From: Balneolales bacterium
GTDB lineage: Bacteria > Bacteroidota > Rhodothermia > Balneolales > Natronogracilivirgulaceae
DNA length: 49,857 nt
Assembly (NCBI GenBank): GCA_007131625.1
Contig: SLQC01000096.1
Coordinates: 1-49,857 of the forward strand
Direction of reading: 5' to 3'
Within the stretch, counting starts at the first letter, position 1. Every line of letters begins with the position of its first letter. The position numbers and the translations under genes are program-made. A model generated the notes under the pieces. That model was not told the origin of the DNA. It made no database searches and saw only the letters and a list, made by a program, of their open reading frames with translations. Of this stretch, positions 1 through 9,177 are shown piece by piece.

Positions 1-110
1 CCCGAATGATATCCATTCTTTATTTTTATTTGCTATATTCAATCAGTTATATGTATTATTCAATTCATCGCTCTTACTCAAGAGTTATTTAACTGTAAGA
101 CTTGCAACAG

Positions 111-545
111 ATGAATTCATTACAAAAAGTTTTTCTCCTTTTTGTTGCAACATTGTTACTGGTTGCACTGGGAGTGGACCGTCATTCCAATCTTGAGAGC
201 TTTGTTGCGGAACCTGTTCAAAACTCGCCTCATAGTATATCTGTGAGATGGACGGTTGCCGATCCAAATCTGGTTTCTGAATTCGAATTGGAAAGGAGGA
301 TGGGCAATAACTCCACTCAGCGAATAAACGGCGGTTGCATAACCCAATCCGGCAATACATTTGAATGTGTGGATTCCGACCTTTTTAAAGTACAGTCAGA
401 ACAGAGTACCAGTACGGAGAACGTTACTTACATACTGCATGCCATAAACAGTGACGGTAGACACTTTTATGGCGAAACAGTTGTCGAGTACACCACCAAT
501 GCTGTTCGACGCACATGGGGCAGTATCAAATCGATGTTTCAATAG
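111..545 (+). CDS. hypothetical secreted protein (signal peptide, beta-rich, FN3-like)
   Basis: ORF 102..545. The ATG at 111 gives MNSLQKVFLLFVATLLLVALG, a hydrophobic signal. No family motif recognised. Confidence 0.5.
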   Translation: MNSLQKVFLLFVATLLLVALGVDRHSNLESFVAEPVQNSPHSISVRWTVADPNLVSEFELERRMGNNSTQRINGGCITQSGNTFECVDSDLFKVQSEQSTSTENVTYILHAINSDGRHFYGETVVEYTTNAVRRTWGSIKSMFQ

Positions 546-551
546 ACTGTT

Positions 552-1082
552 TTGGCAGCACGCACATCCACCGATCACCTGTTGATGAGTTCATCCCGGA
601 TAAGCCGGACCATCACCAGAATAGCCTATCAGATTTATGAAGATACCCACGGTGTCGGAGAGCCCGTCATTTTCGGAATCGATGATCGCGGATTCAAACT
701 GGCCGGGATGCTATCCGATCGATTGTCGGAAATCTACCAAACTCCCATCCGCGCTCATGTTGTTCGGGTCATGACAGACTCATCGCAAGAGAATCAGTCG
801 AATTATGGGTCCGAACCCTTTCCAACAGTGAAGAATAAAAAGGTAGTCATTGTAGATGATGTCTTGTACAGTGGAAAAACCATGTACCATGCTTTACAGC
901 TTATTGCGAATCAGGATGGCCCCGAAGAGATCAAACTTGCCGCGCTCATCGACCGTGGACACCGACGTTATCCCGTGAATATTCAGTATCTCGGACTCTA
1001 TTGCCCGACCAAGTTAAAGGAGCATGTCCAATGCCGGTTTCTGGAAAATGGTGAACCGGATGGCGTCTGGTTGGAGCATTGA
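552..1082 (+). CDS. pyrR: PyrR-type bifunctional pyrimidine operon regulator / uracil phosphoribosyltransferase
   Basis: PRPP-binding motif VVIVDDVLYSGKT and LIDRGHRRYPV, with N-terminal ISRTITRIAYQI like PyrR. Start is uncertain: TTG at 552 or ATG at 585. Confidence 0.85.
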   Translation: MAARTSTDHLLMSSSRISRTITRIAYQIYEDTHGVGEPVIFGIDDRGFKLAGMLSDRLSEIYQTPIRAHVVRVMTDSSQENQSNYGSEPFPTVKNKKVVIVDDVLYSGKTMYHALQLIANQDGPEEIKLAALIDRGHRRYPVNIQYLGLYCPTKLKEHVQCRFLENGEPDGVWLEH

Positions 1083-1244
1083 ATCACCAGAATAAACAAG
1101 AACGATTCCGGCGTTTATTTGCAACATTTTTGAGACCATCAGCCGAATCAGTATTTACTGCTTTCCTTCCCTTTGCTGATCGACCTCTAATCGCTTATCT
1201 TGATCCTCAGTTAGTGTCTAACAAGATCTCATTATATCATATAA

Positions 1245-1283
1245 ATATTTCATCTGATATAAGAAATCAAACATTATAAACAT
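1245..1283 (+). repeat. partial (3' half) copy of the ATGA-delimited repeat family, directly abutting the ATG at 1284
   Basis: catctgatataagaaatcaaacattataaacat aligns with the 3' half of unit B2 (catctgacattattaatcaaaacattttaaacag). Bases 1273..1295 are identical to 41712..41734. Confidence 0.55.
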
Positions 1284-2173
1284 ATGAAACGATCAATTTT
1301 CCCGCTGCTCATTGCAGCGATACTGATCCATGCCCCTTTTTTACTTGCCCAAAACGCATCGCTGCCGGCCAACCGGAACCGGATGTGGCCCCCGATGATA
1401 CGACTTACTGGGAATACAGCTTAAGAACCTCCTTAACCGGAACCCAGGCAAAGTATCAGAATTGGAGTCAGGGTGGGGTTGATAACGTGGCTATCCTGGC
1501 CGCAAGCGGATTCTCGGCTAAATATGCCAAAGAAATTTTTGCCTACAACCTGAACATCAATCTCGGGTACGGACAAACACGGCTCGGCGATGGTGATTTT
1601 ATCAAAAGCGATGACCAGATTCGAATTCGGAATCAGGTTCGGCGGCTGTTCCGCGACGAGCGATTCAGCACCATTTTCAATCTCAATTTCGAATCCCAAT
1701 TCACCGACGGGTTCGACAGAAACGTGCCGGATTCGGTAATTTCCGGTTTTTTTGCTCCGGCTTATCTGAGTCAGATTCTTGGCCTCAGTTATAATCCCGA
1801 TCGCCATTTGCGCTTCGAATCCGGTCTGGCAATGAAGCAGACATTTGTCAGAGATGTGGAACTTTCAACCCGGTACGGATTGCCCGAGGGTGATACATTT
1901 CGAAATGAAGCCGGTTTTTCCCTGCTGATCGGTTATGAACGTCGTATTATGGAAAGTATTTACTATGCCGGTTATGTGGAAACATTCACGAATGTGAACA
2001 AAAGTCTGACATCCACTGATGTCCTTTTTGTCAATGAAATAATCGGTAGAATCAACCGTTTTATCAGCGCAAATGTCGAGTTTGCCCTTGTCTATAATGA
2101 CGATATAATTGATGAGTTGCAGATTAAACAGATTATCTCGATGGGGTTTAATTACAGCTTTTTCGAAGAGTGA
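1284..2173 (+). CDS. DUF3078-family outer-membrane protein, apparently frameshifted near 1365-1385
   Basis: The ATG at 1284 encodes signal peptide MKRSIFPLLIAAILIHAPFLLAQ in frame 0 and stops at about 1430. The body (ORF 1385..2173, frame 2) has no signal peptide and is paralogous to 2492..3379 (NWSQGG vs DWAQGG; LQIKQI.S.GF.Y.F C-termini). Confidence 0.6.
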
Positions 2174-2491
2174 GCTTTGGAACAATCCGGAACGGATAGG
2201 TTGGTCTCCGGCCAGACCGGTTTTGTTTGCAGGCTGACCGGTATTTCGTTTCCGGATTTTCATAATCACCCTGAAACTATTTCTGACAAATAACTACAGG
2301 AATTGTTATATTTTGGCTTAATTTGGAACAAGGCTGCCTTGTCATATTGATACGCCGGTAAACGGTCTTTAATTCATTGGTTATTAATATTAGTGGTGTG
2401 ATGGTTTCACCTGGTAATTATCATGACCGGCTCAAGGTATCAGGCCATCCGGAGGATTCTCTGATTATCAAAATTACCGAAAAGAAGTATT

Positions 2492-3379
2492 ATGATCATG
2501 TGCCGTTGGCATGCAATTATTATAGCAGTTATTTTCATTTTGATTGGGACGCAGTTGTCGTTTGCTCAGAAGCTGCCTATGCCTGAAGATGATTTGCTGA
2601 CGGTATCGGATGAGGACGGCACCTGGGACTTTTTGTTTCGATCCGGTTTCAATGGGTCTCAGGCTTATTACCGGGACTGGGCGCAGGGTGGTACCGACCG
2701 GATCGCCATAAGTGCTAATACCATCTTCAGGGGGCAATATATCGACGGTCCCTATCAGTATGGTCTTCGTATTGATCTCCGGTACGGCCGGACCCGTCAA
2801 AACCGCGACGCTTTTCGGAAAAGTGAAGATGTTATTCGGATCCGAAATCAGTTTCGCCGACGATTTAGTGACGAACGGTTCAGCCTGACTGGAAACATTA
2901 ATTTTGAAACGCAGTTTGACATAGGTTACGAAAGAGACCAGGAAACGGTTCGTTCCCGTTTTATGGCACCGGGTACGCTTACAGAAACAGCGGGTCTTTC
3001 CTATGATCCCGACAGATATCTTGAGACCACCGTCGGTATATCACTTCGACAGACGTTCATCAGAGATACGTCACTTTCGGAACGGTATGGTCTTAACGAA
3101 GGCGATTGGTTTCGCAATGAAGCAGGTTTTACCATTATTCTGAGATATGAACGGGACATCTGGGAAAATGTGAAATATACCGGCTATCTGGAAACATTCA
3201 GCAATCTCCAAAAGAGTATGCTCAACACCGATTTTGTAATGACCAATGAGCTGGTCGGCCGAATCAACAATTATCTGACCACCAATTTTGAATTTGCCCT
3301 TCAATATAACGACGACATTACCAAAGCACTGCAGATCAAACAGATTCTTTCGGTCGGATTCAGTTATACATTTATGTAA
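2492..3379 (+). CDS. DUF3078-family outer-membrane protein (intact paralog)
   Basis: Signal peptide IIIAVIFILIGTQLSFAQ. Collinear similarity to 1385..2173 along the whole length. Beta-strand-rich with an aromatic C-terminus. Confidence 0.65.
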   Translation: MIMCRWHAIIIAVIFILIGTQLSFAQKLPMPEDDLLTVSDEDGTWDFLFRSGFNGSQAYYRDWAQGGTDRIAISANTIFRGQYIDGPYQYGLRIDLRYGRTRQNRDAFRKSEDVIRIRNQFRRRFSDERFSLTGNINFETQFDIGYERDQETVRSRFMAPGTLTETAGLSYDPDRYLETTVGISLRQTFIRDTSLSERYGLNEGDWFRNEAGFTIILRYERDIWENVKYTGYLETFSNLQKSMLNTDFVMTNELVGRINNYLTTNFEFALQYNDDITKALQIKQILSVGFSYTFM

Positions 3380-3388
3380 TATCGACGG

Positions 3389-4975
3389 GTGATTGTTATG
3401 ATTCCCGAACGCTATGTCTCCAGACTCCGGATGCTGCTACCCGAACTGGAACACCGCATGTCCGTACTAACTGCGCCGGCTCGACATCACGGTAGAGTGT
3501 CCGGTGTGATTCCACAAGCTTCATTCACCGATTTACAGAATGATCCGGGCTCCCCGGATGGGCACCCCGACCCGCAAATTCAGAAGAGTACCACGAATTC
3601 TCATAACGAATCACAGCGGGACTTGGATACTCCGGATTTTTTGAATCCGGAACTTCTGGATACAGCTTTGAAGGAGCTGACCGGTCGTCTGGCACGGCAC
3701 TATCCGTTTCACCATCCCTGCTATGCAGGACAGATGCTCAAACCGCCGCACCCGGCGGCCTGGCTGGCCTATTCTCTTGCAATGACCATCAACCCCAATA
3801 ACCATGCACTGGATGGCGGACCTGAATCATCGTATATGGAAAAGGAGGTCGTGCAGGAGCTTCTTCGATTTTCCGGATTTCCAACGGAGGGAACAGGGCA
3901 TTTAACCAGCAGTGGGACGATTGCCAATCTGGAAGCGCTGTGGGTTGCCCGGGAGTTGCATCCCGACCGGCCCATCGGTATATCTTCCAATGCCCATTAT
4001 ACGCACAGCAGGATGTGCCGGCTGCTTCGTCACCCTTTTGTGGTCATTCCTGACGGTGCGGACGGGTTGCCTGATCCGGAGTTGTTCGATCCCGCAGGTC
4101 CACTCCCCGGTACGGTAGTCGTAACCCTCGGTACGACTGGCCTGGGCACGGTTGAACCGCTGCATCGCATTACAAAATGGGCAAAACGGAATGGGGTGAG
4201 GGTACATGTCGACGCTGCTTATGGCGGATTCTTTCACCTGATTCGCGGGTCGGGGTGGATCGATCCGGCTCCATGGGAGGCATTGCATCATGCCGACAGT
4301 ATCGTGATGGATCCGCATAAACATGGACTCCAGCCGTACGGATGCGGTTCGGTACTTTTTCAGGATGCCGGAGTACAGGGAATTTACAAACACGATTCTC
4401 CTTACACCTATTTTACATCGGACGAACTGCACCTGGGTGAGATTAGCCTGGAGTGTTCCAGGGCTGGTTCGTCAGCTATTGCTTTATGGTTTACATTGAA
4501 GGTACTTCCGCTTGATCCGATTGCGAAACAGGATGGGGATTATGATGTGGATGGTGAGGTGTTGCCGTCGACGGTCAAAACCGGAGCCGTATTTGGTCAA
4601 TCCATTTTACGTTGCAGGAGGGCTGCGTTGCAATTTTATAAAGCTCTTGCCGATTCCGGATCATATCGCCCTCTGCTCAAGCCGGATCTGGATATCGTAA
4701 CGTTTTTGCCACACACCAATGAAAAGTCTTACTCCGCTGTCAGTAGTCGGTCTGAAGCGATATTGAAACAGGGGATGTCGCCCGGTTCAGCGTATCCTCT
4801 CTTTCTCAGCACGCTGGAGGTTCCCGCCGGCCAGGCACAACGTCTGCTCCCGGATTACGAAGTCGATCGGGACCATGTGAATGTTCTGCGATCCGTACTG
4901 ATGAAACCGGAGCACCTGGATTTTCTCCCGGAACTGCAGCTGCGGTTGGATGGCCTATTTCACCAGACAGCATAG
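3389..4975 (+). CDS. PLP-dependent (group II, fold type I) amino-acid decarboxylase-like enzyme
   Basis: Motifs SSGTIANLEALWVARE, HVDAAYGG and DPHKHG (PLP-lysine context). The first ~100 aa are a low-complexity extension, so the true start may lie downstream. Confidence 0.7.
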   Translation: MIVMIPERYVSRLRMLLPELEHRMSVLTAPARHHGRVSGVIPQASFTDLQNDPGSPDGHPDPQIQKSTTNSHNESQRDLDTPDFLNPELLDTALKELTGRLARHYPFHHPCYAGQMLKPPHPAAWLAYSLAMTINPNNHALDGGPESSYMEKEVVQELLRFSGFPTEGTGHLTSSGTIANLEALWVARELHPDRPIGISSNAHYTHSRMCRLLRHPFVVIPDGADGLPDPELFDPAGPLPGTVVVTLGTTGLGTVEPLHRITKWAKRNGVRVHVDAAYGGFFHLIRGSGWIDPAPWEALHHADSIVMDPHKHGLQPYGCGSVLFQDAGVQGIYKHDSPYTYFTSDELHLGEISLECSRAGSSAIALWFTLKVLPLDPIAKQDGDYDVDGEVLPSTVKTGAVFGQSILRCRRAALQFYKALADSGSYRPLLKPDLDIVTFLPHTNEKSYSAVSSRSEAILKQGMSPGSAYPLFLSTLEVPAGQAQRLLPDYEVDRDHVNVLRSVLMKPEHLDFLPELQLRLDGLFHQTA

Positions 4976-5029
4976 ATATGCAGAGCGGGGACCGGAGGTG
5001 ATGTGATGCCCCGCCGGCCTGCTTATAGC

Positions 5030-5145
5030 ATCGCCTGCAATATAGAGTCGCTTGTGAAATTGAATCTCTTTTGCTTTCGTATCGCCTGCTATTTAGAATC
5101 GCTTGCGATATCATATCGCCTGCTATATAGAATTGCTTGCGATAA
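5030..5145. repeat. three copies of a ~31-nt imperfect-palindrome repeat (ATCGCCTGC-N11-GCTTGCGAT)
   Basis: Copies at 5030-5060, 5081-5111 and 5115-5145, between convergent genes. Confidence 0.8.
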
Positions 5146-5175
5146 CCTGATTTTAAACAACGCGAAACTGCTGCA

Positions 5176-7209
5176 TCAGAAATCAAAAACCGCCCGGATC
5201 TCCAGGTTTGGATAAGTCCTTCGTAACGGTCTGCGCTCCTCCTGTCGAAAAGCCTCCGCCAGATCTTCCGGATAGGTTGTATAAAGCCGGCGATAAACTC
5301 GCTGCCGCTGTAGCCAGCCGCTGATAATCAACCGGTTGCCCGACAAAAAATCGAGATTGACATCGATGCTTGGCCCCAGTTGTCGGGTGATCTGTAAGCC
5401 GGGAGAAGGGATGCTCTGAAAGGTCTGTCGACCCTCGTCTATCTCGATTTCAGTGGTTATGATAGCTTGGGGCAGATAGTCGCGCCGCATGAAAAAACGA
5501 CCTCCCAAACCAATTCGGTGTCTGCCGGTCTGGTGAACGATCATCGCCTCCACATTATAGGTGACCAGTGTGTCGGTCGGTGTTTCCTGGAACGTATCCC
5601 AGTACAGCCGGCCGATGCGCAATTCGCTTCGGGACCCGCCGGTCTCCAGCCTCCAGTTCTCCGAAATTGTGACATCAATATCCGATCGCATGCCATATTC
5701 GCGGGAAGCCTGATCGTTTTTGGGACGGCCTTCCAGCTGGTAATCTTCGACCGTATAGTTGGCTCGAACCAAAAACGTATTCCGGATCTCAAGCCGGTCA
5801 AGCGGTTGCCAGCGAATCTGGGGGGAAAGCCGGATTGTGCGTCGCCAGTTATTTTCAATGCTTCGGACTGCGGACAGGTAGACATAGTGTGTCGCTTCTC
5901 CACCTGTTCTGACGGTCATGTCGAAGTACGGTGAAAAAATGTGCCGGGTTGTGAGGTTAATCAGATAGTTCAGTTCGTCCCGGTCATCCTGATTTATTAC
6001 CGGTGTGTCGTACCGCATGATGCCGGATTGAGCGCGAAAGCTTAACTCATGGCCGTCGGAAATCCGTATCCGGTTTTGTGTAAAAACCTCCAACCGGCTT
6101 TGATCGAAATTTGAGTTTCGAAGCACTTCGTTACGCCGGGTAATCTGGTCTTCAGGGTAGTCGCGGATGTTGATCAATCGCGAACCGCGATTGATATATG
6201 CAAAGTTCATTCCGACTGCAATACTGTTGCGCCGAAATTCGTAATCGGCATAAGTTCGTAAATGATTTTCGCTGCGCTGAGTTCTTGTGTCGAAAATGGG
6301 ATCATCCAACTCCTCATCGAGAGGCCTGCTCTCCACCGTTCTGATATTGTTGAGTGTGTACAGATCAATTGTGAATCCGATCGACTGAGTAATAGGTAAA
6401 TGAACCTGCAGGTCAAGAGCGGTGGTGTCGTTTCGTATGGATTCTATTATATTGGTAAGCCCCCGGTTAAAAAAACTGCTGGGCTGATAACTTTCCCGAC
6501 GGCCGCTTGAAAGAGAAAGGTCGGCCCGGATCTGAAATTCATCTTGCCGGTACCGGCTCCCGGTAAGAAATCTAAGGGTGGAATATTCTCGTGGACTGAT
6601 CCGCGCATAATGTGCTTCTGCTGATGGATGGAATACAAAATCACCGGTTTGGATCGGGCGGCTACGCGCAAGAAACAGGCCGGAAAAACCATGATCATGA
6701 TGGTCACTGCGGCGATCCGACATATAACCGCCCATTAGAGAGATCTCTATTTCCTCATGAGGGTTGTAGAGTATGCCTGCATGGCCCGAATTTTGCCGAA
6801 GGTTTGTGGTTGTAAAACTGTAGGATTGCGCTTCGCTCGTCAATGCCCATTCACTGTTAAGCCACTGTCGCAGTGATAGTCGAAGCTGGTTTTCATCCTG
6901 GATATTATGCGGGGAACCGTCTGATAAATAGAGACGCGACCGGAATTGATTGTCCAGTTGTAGTGAAAAATTGCCCTCTGTGAGGGAAATATTACCGTCA
7001 TACTGCCAGCGCATGGCGTCAAGTTGACGGTTGAAATGGGTCCCTCCTCCAATGGAAAAAGGAAATAATTGTGCCATTGAAAGGGCAGGAGTCAGGACAG
7101 GTATCAGCATGACCACGATTACCCATAGCCATCCCGGCCGGTGAATCCGGATGATGGCAGAGCGAATACGGACCCTGTGGACTTCTATCCTGTCAGGTTG
7201 CTGGAACAT
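5176..7209 (-). CDS. hypothetical outer-membrane beta-barrel protein
   Basis: N-terminal signal (WLWVIVVMLIPVLTPALSMAQ), alternating beta-strand pattern, and a C-terminal ...IRAVFDF ending in Phe as in OMP sorting signals. Confidence 0.55.
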   Translation of the reverse strand: MFQQPDRIEVHRVRIRSAIIRIHRPGWLWVIVVMLIPVLTPALSMAQLFPFSIGGGTHFNRQLDAMRWQYDGNISLTEGNFSLQLDNQFRSRLYLSDGSPHNIQDENQLRLSLRQWLNSEWALTSEAQSYSFTTTNLRQNSGHAGILYNPHEEIEISLMGGYMSDRRSDHHDHGFSGLFLARSRPIQTGDFVFHPSAEAHYARISPREYSTLRFLTGSRYRQDEFQIRADLSLSSGRRESYQPSSFFNRGLTNIIESIRNDTTALDLQVHLPITQSIGFTIDLYTLNNIRTVESRPLDEELDDPIFDTRTQRSENHLRTYADYEFRRNSIAVGMNFAYINRGSRLINIRDYPEDQITRRNEVLRNSNFDQSRLEVFTQNRIRISDGHELSFRAQSGIMRYDTPVINQDDRDELNYLINLTTRHIFSPYFDMTVRTGGEATHYVYLSAVRSIENNWRRTIRLSPQIRWQPLDRLEIRNTFLVRANYTVEDYQLEGRPKNDQASREYGMRSDIDVTISENWRLETGGSRSELRIGRLYWDTFQETPTDTLVTYNVEAMIVHQTGRHRIGLGGRFFMRRDYLPQAIITTEIEIDEGRQTFQSIPSPGLQITRQLGPSIDVNLDFLSGNRLIISGWLQRQRVYRRLYTTYPEDLAEAFRQEERRPLRRTYPNLEIRAVFDF

Positions 7210-7299
7210 ACCGGTAATCTATTATGCCGAACGTCGAACTACAAATTTTGTAAAATACTTTTTTTAAACAGTTGAATAAATTTTGCTATACTTGGCGAT

Positions 7300-8115
7300 A
7301 TGATGTCCATTTCTCCTCTGTCCCGAAAACAGATCAAATCTGTAAAACTGCTTGGTAAACGGTCGGAAAGACACCGGCAGGGCCTTTTTATCGTCGAGGG
7401 AAAAAAAGCGGTTCAGCAGGTGACAGCTAACAGGGTGCTGTCGGTGGAGAGTCTGATCCTGGATGGGGAACTGACTGAAAAAAGTGATTTTCTGAAAAAA
7501 GTGAGCATAGTAGGCAGCGGGAGTGATGAAATACAGGTATTTTCCGTTCCGTCTCGGGTTTTTCGGCAGCTGACTGATACGGAGTCGACTCAGGGTGTGA
7601 TGGCTGTTTGCCGGATGCCCGCTCCCGTTAATGTACGAACTCTGCTGTCAGGTAACGGTATAATTCTGACGACTGACCATGTCCAGGATCCCGGGAATTT
7701 GGGTACGATGCTACGCACATCGGTCTGGTTCGGTTTGGCTGGAATTGTGGCATCTCCCGGAACTGTGGACCTGTTCCATCCCAAGGTAGTTCGCAGTACC
7801 GCCGGTGCGACCGGTGCATTGCCCTGGTTGGAGTCGAATCTTCCACAATTTCTCTCTGCGGCAACTGATGCTGGCTGGCGAGTTCATCTGTTGGATGCCG
7901 GTGCCGGTGCGCTATCATACACGAAAGTCCGTCCGACCGGCAGGGACATTATTGTCGTTGGAAATGAAGCTAATGGACTCGTTTCAGTACCGGCCGATGA
8001 AAACCGGCTTCGCCTGCGTATCGATCCTGTCGCTGAAACCGGTGTCGAAAGTCTTAACGTGTCGGTGGCTGCAGCAATTATTACAGCGCATTTCACGGCT
8101 TTTAAGCCGACATAA
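7300..8115 (+). CDS. TrmH/SpoU-family RNA 2'-O-methyltransferase
   Basis: Motifs VVGNEANGL and ESLNVSVAAAI, with an N-terminal substrate-binding domain LFIVEGKK. Confidence 0.8.
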   Translation: MMSISPLSRKQIKSVKLLGKRSERHRQGLFIVEGKKAVQQVTANRVLSVESLILDGELTEKSDFLKKVSIVGSGSDEIQVFSVPSRVFRQLTDTESTQGVMAVCRMPAPVNVRTLLSGNGIILTTDHVQDPGNLGTMLRTSVWFGLAGIVASPGTVDLFHPKVVRSTAGATGALPWLESNLPQFLSAATDAGWRVHLLDAGAGALSYTKVRPTGRDIIVVGNEANGLVSVPADENRLRLRIDPVAETGVESLNVSVAAAIITAHFTAFKPT

Positions 8116-8178
8116 ATTCCGGTTTTATATCAGTTGCCGGTCACCATGAACTACGGGGAGATGCAACTGCCGTTCCGC

Positions 8179-9030
8179 TTACCCATCAAGAGTGACGATT
8201 TTCACTCGATTCAGTTTATGTCCCAGAAAGCGTTCTGCCAGATTTTTAAATCGCTGTGGTTTGTCGCTTACATAACAGTCGAACTTTCCTTTTGAGACAT
8301 CATTTCGTCTGTTTTGGCTGTCCAGATGTTCCCGGGCCATAACCGCGATGGAATCAGCAGAGTCGATAATGGTGAGATCGTCCCCCAGGACTTTACGAAT
8401 ACTCTCCTTGAAAAGCGGATAGTGGGTACACCCGAGAATCAGGGAATCCAGTTTTATATTTGAGAATTCGGCAAGGTAGGTCTTCAGTGTTTCGATTGCG
8501 ACAAGATTATCGATCCACCCCTCCTCGGCGAGAGGAACCAGCAACGGACAGGCGCGGGAATATACGCGGGCTTCGTAGTTCAGTTTTTTCAATGCCTGAT
8601 CATAGGCCCCGGACCCGATGGTTGCCAGTGTACCGATCACGCCTATCTGTCCGGTATGTGATGACTGGGCAACAGCGGCTTGTGCACCAGCTTCAATCAC
8701 ATCCAGAACCGGAATATTGCCACACCGCGTCTTTATCTCTTTTTGTGCAGCAGCAGCCACCGAGTTACAGGCAATCAACAGAATTTTGACATTTTTCCGG
8801 AGCAGAAAATCGGTGATTTGAAGAGCATATTGGCGGATGGTATCGGTTGATTTGATTCCATAAGGCACACGGGCTGTATCTCCGAAATAGATAATATGCT
8901 CGTTTGGAAGTGCATTCATTACCGACTTAACTACGGTAAGCCCGCCGATACCGGAATCAAAAATACCAATGGGTGATTCTTTTGTTGTAAATGATTTGTC
9001 TTTTGAGGATGGTTTTTTTATTGGTGTCAT
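8179..9030 (-). CDS. murI: glutamate racemase
   Basis: Motifs GIFDSGIGGLTV, IACNS and GCTHYP. The ORF extends to 9126, but the Met at 9030 (MTPIKKP...) fits typical MurI length. Confidence 0.9.
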   Translation of the reverse strand: MTPIKKPSSKDKSFTTKESPIGIFDSGIGGLTVVKSVMNALPNEHIIYFGDTARVPYGIKSTDTIRQYALQITDFLLRKNVKILLIACNSVAAAAQKEIKTRCGNIPVLDVIEAGAQAAVAQSSHTGQIGVIGTLATIGSGAYDQALKKLNYEARVYSRACPLLVPLAEEGWIDNLVAIETLKTYLAEFSNIKLDSLILGCTHYPLFKESIRKVLGDDLTIIDSADSIAVMAREHLDSQNRRNDVSKGKFDCYVSDKPQRFKNLAERFLGHKLNRVKIVTLDG

Positions 9031-9177
9031 GGCTGGATTATAATACAAGTCGAATGAGGGCAATCCAGAATAGCAACTTATCTGAACTTTGCAAAGTGTG
9101 ACTTTATCACCGTCTGTACACCTCAATTGACGAATCGTTCGGGTTGGTGAGGTATAGGAAACGACCGGCAGCGAGTC

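Noticed and set aside
1079-1279. 66-aa ORF between pyrR and the DUF3078 gene
   Set aside because: It overlaps the pyrR stop, runs through AT-rich spacer and the partial repeat copy, and has no recognisable motif or signal.
5003-5215. 70-aa ORF (MMPRRPAYSIACNIESL...)
   Set aside because: Its sequence is the translation of the three tandem palindromic repeats (IACNIESL / IACYLESL / IACDNL). It lies between convergent gene ends and is not a credible gene.
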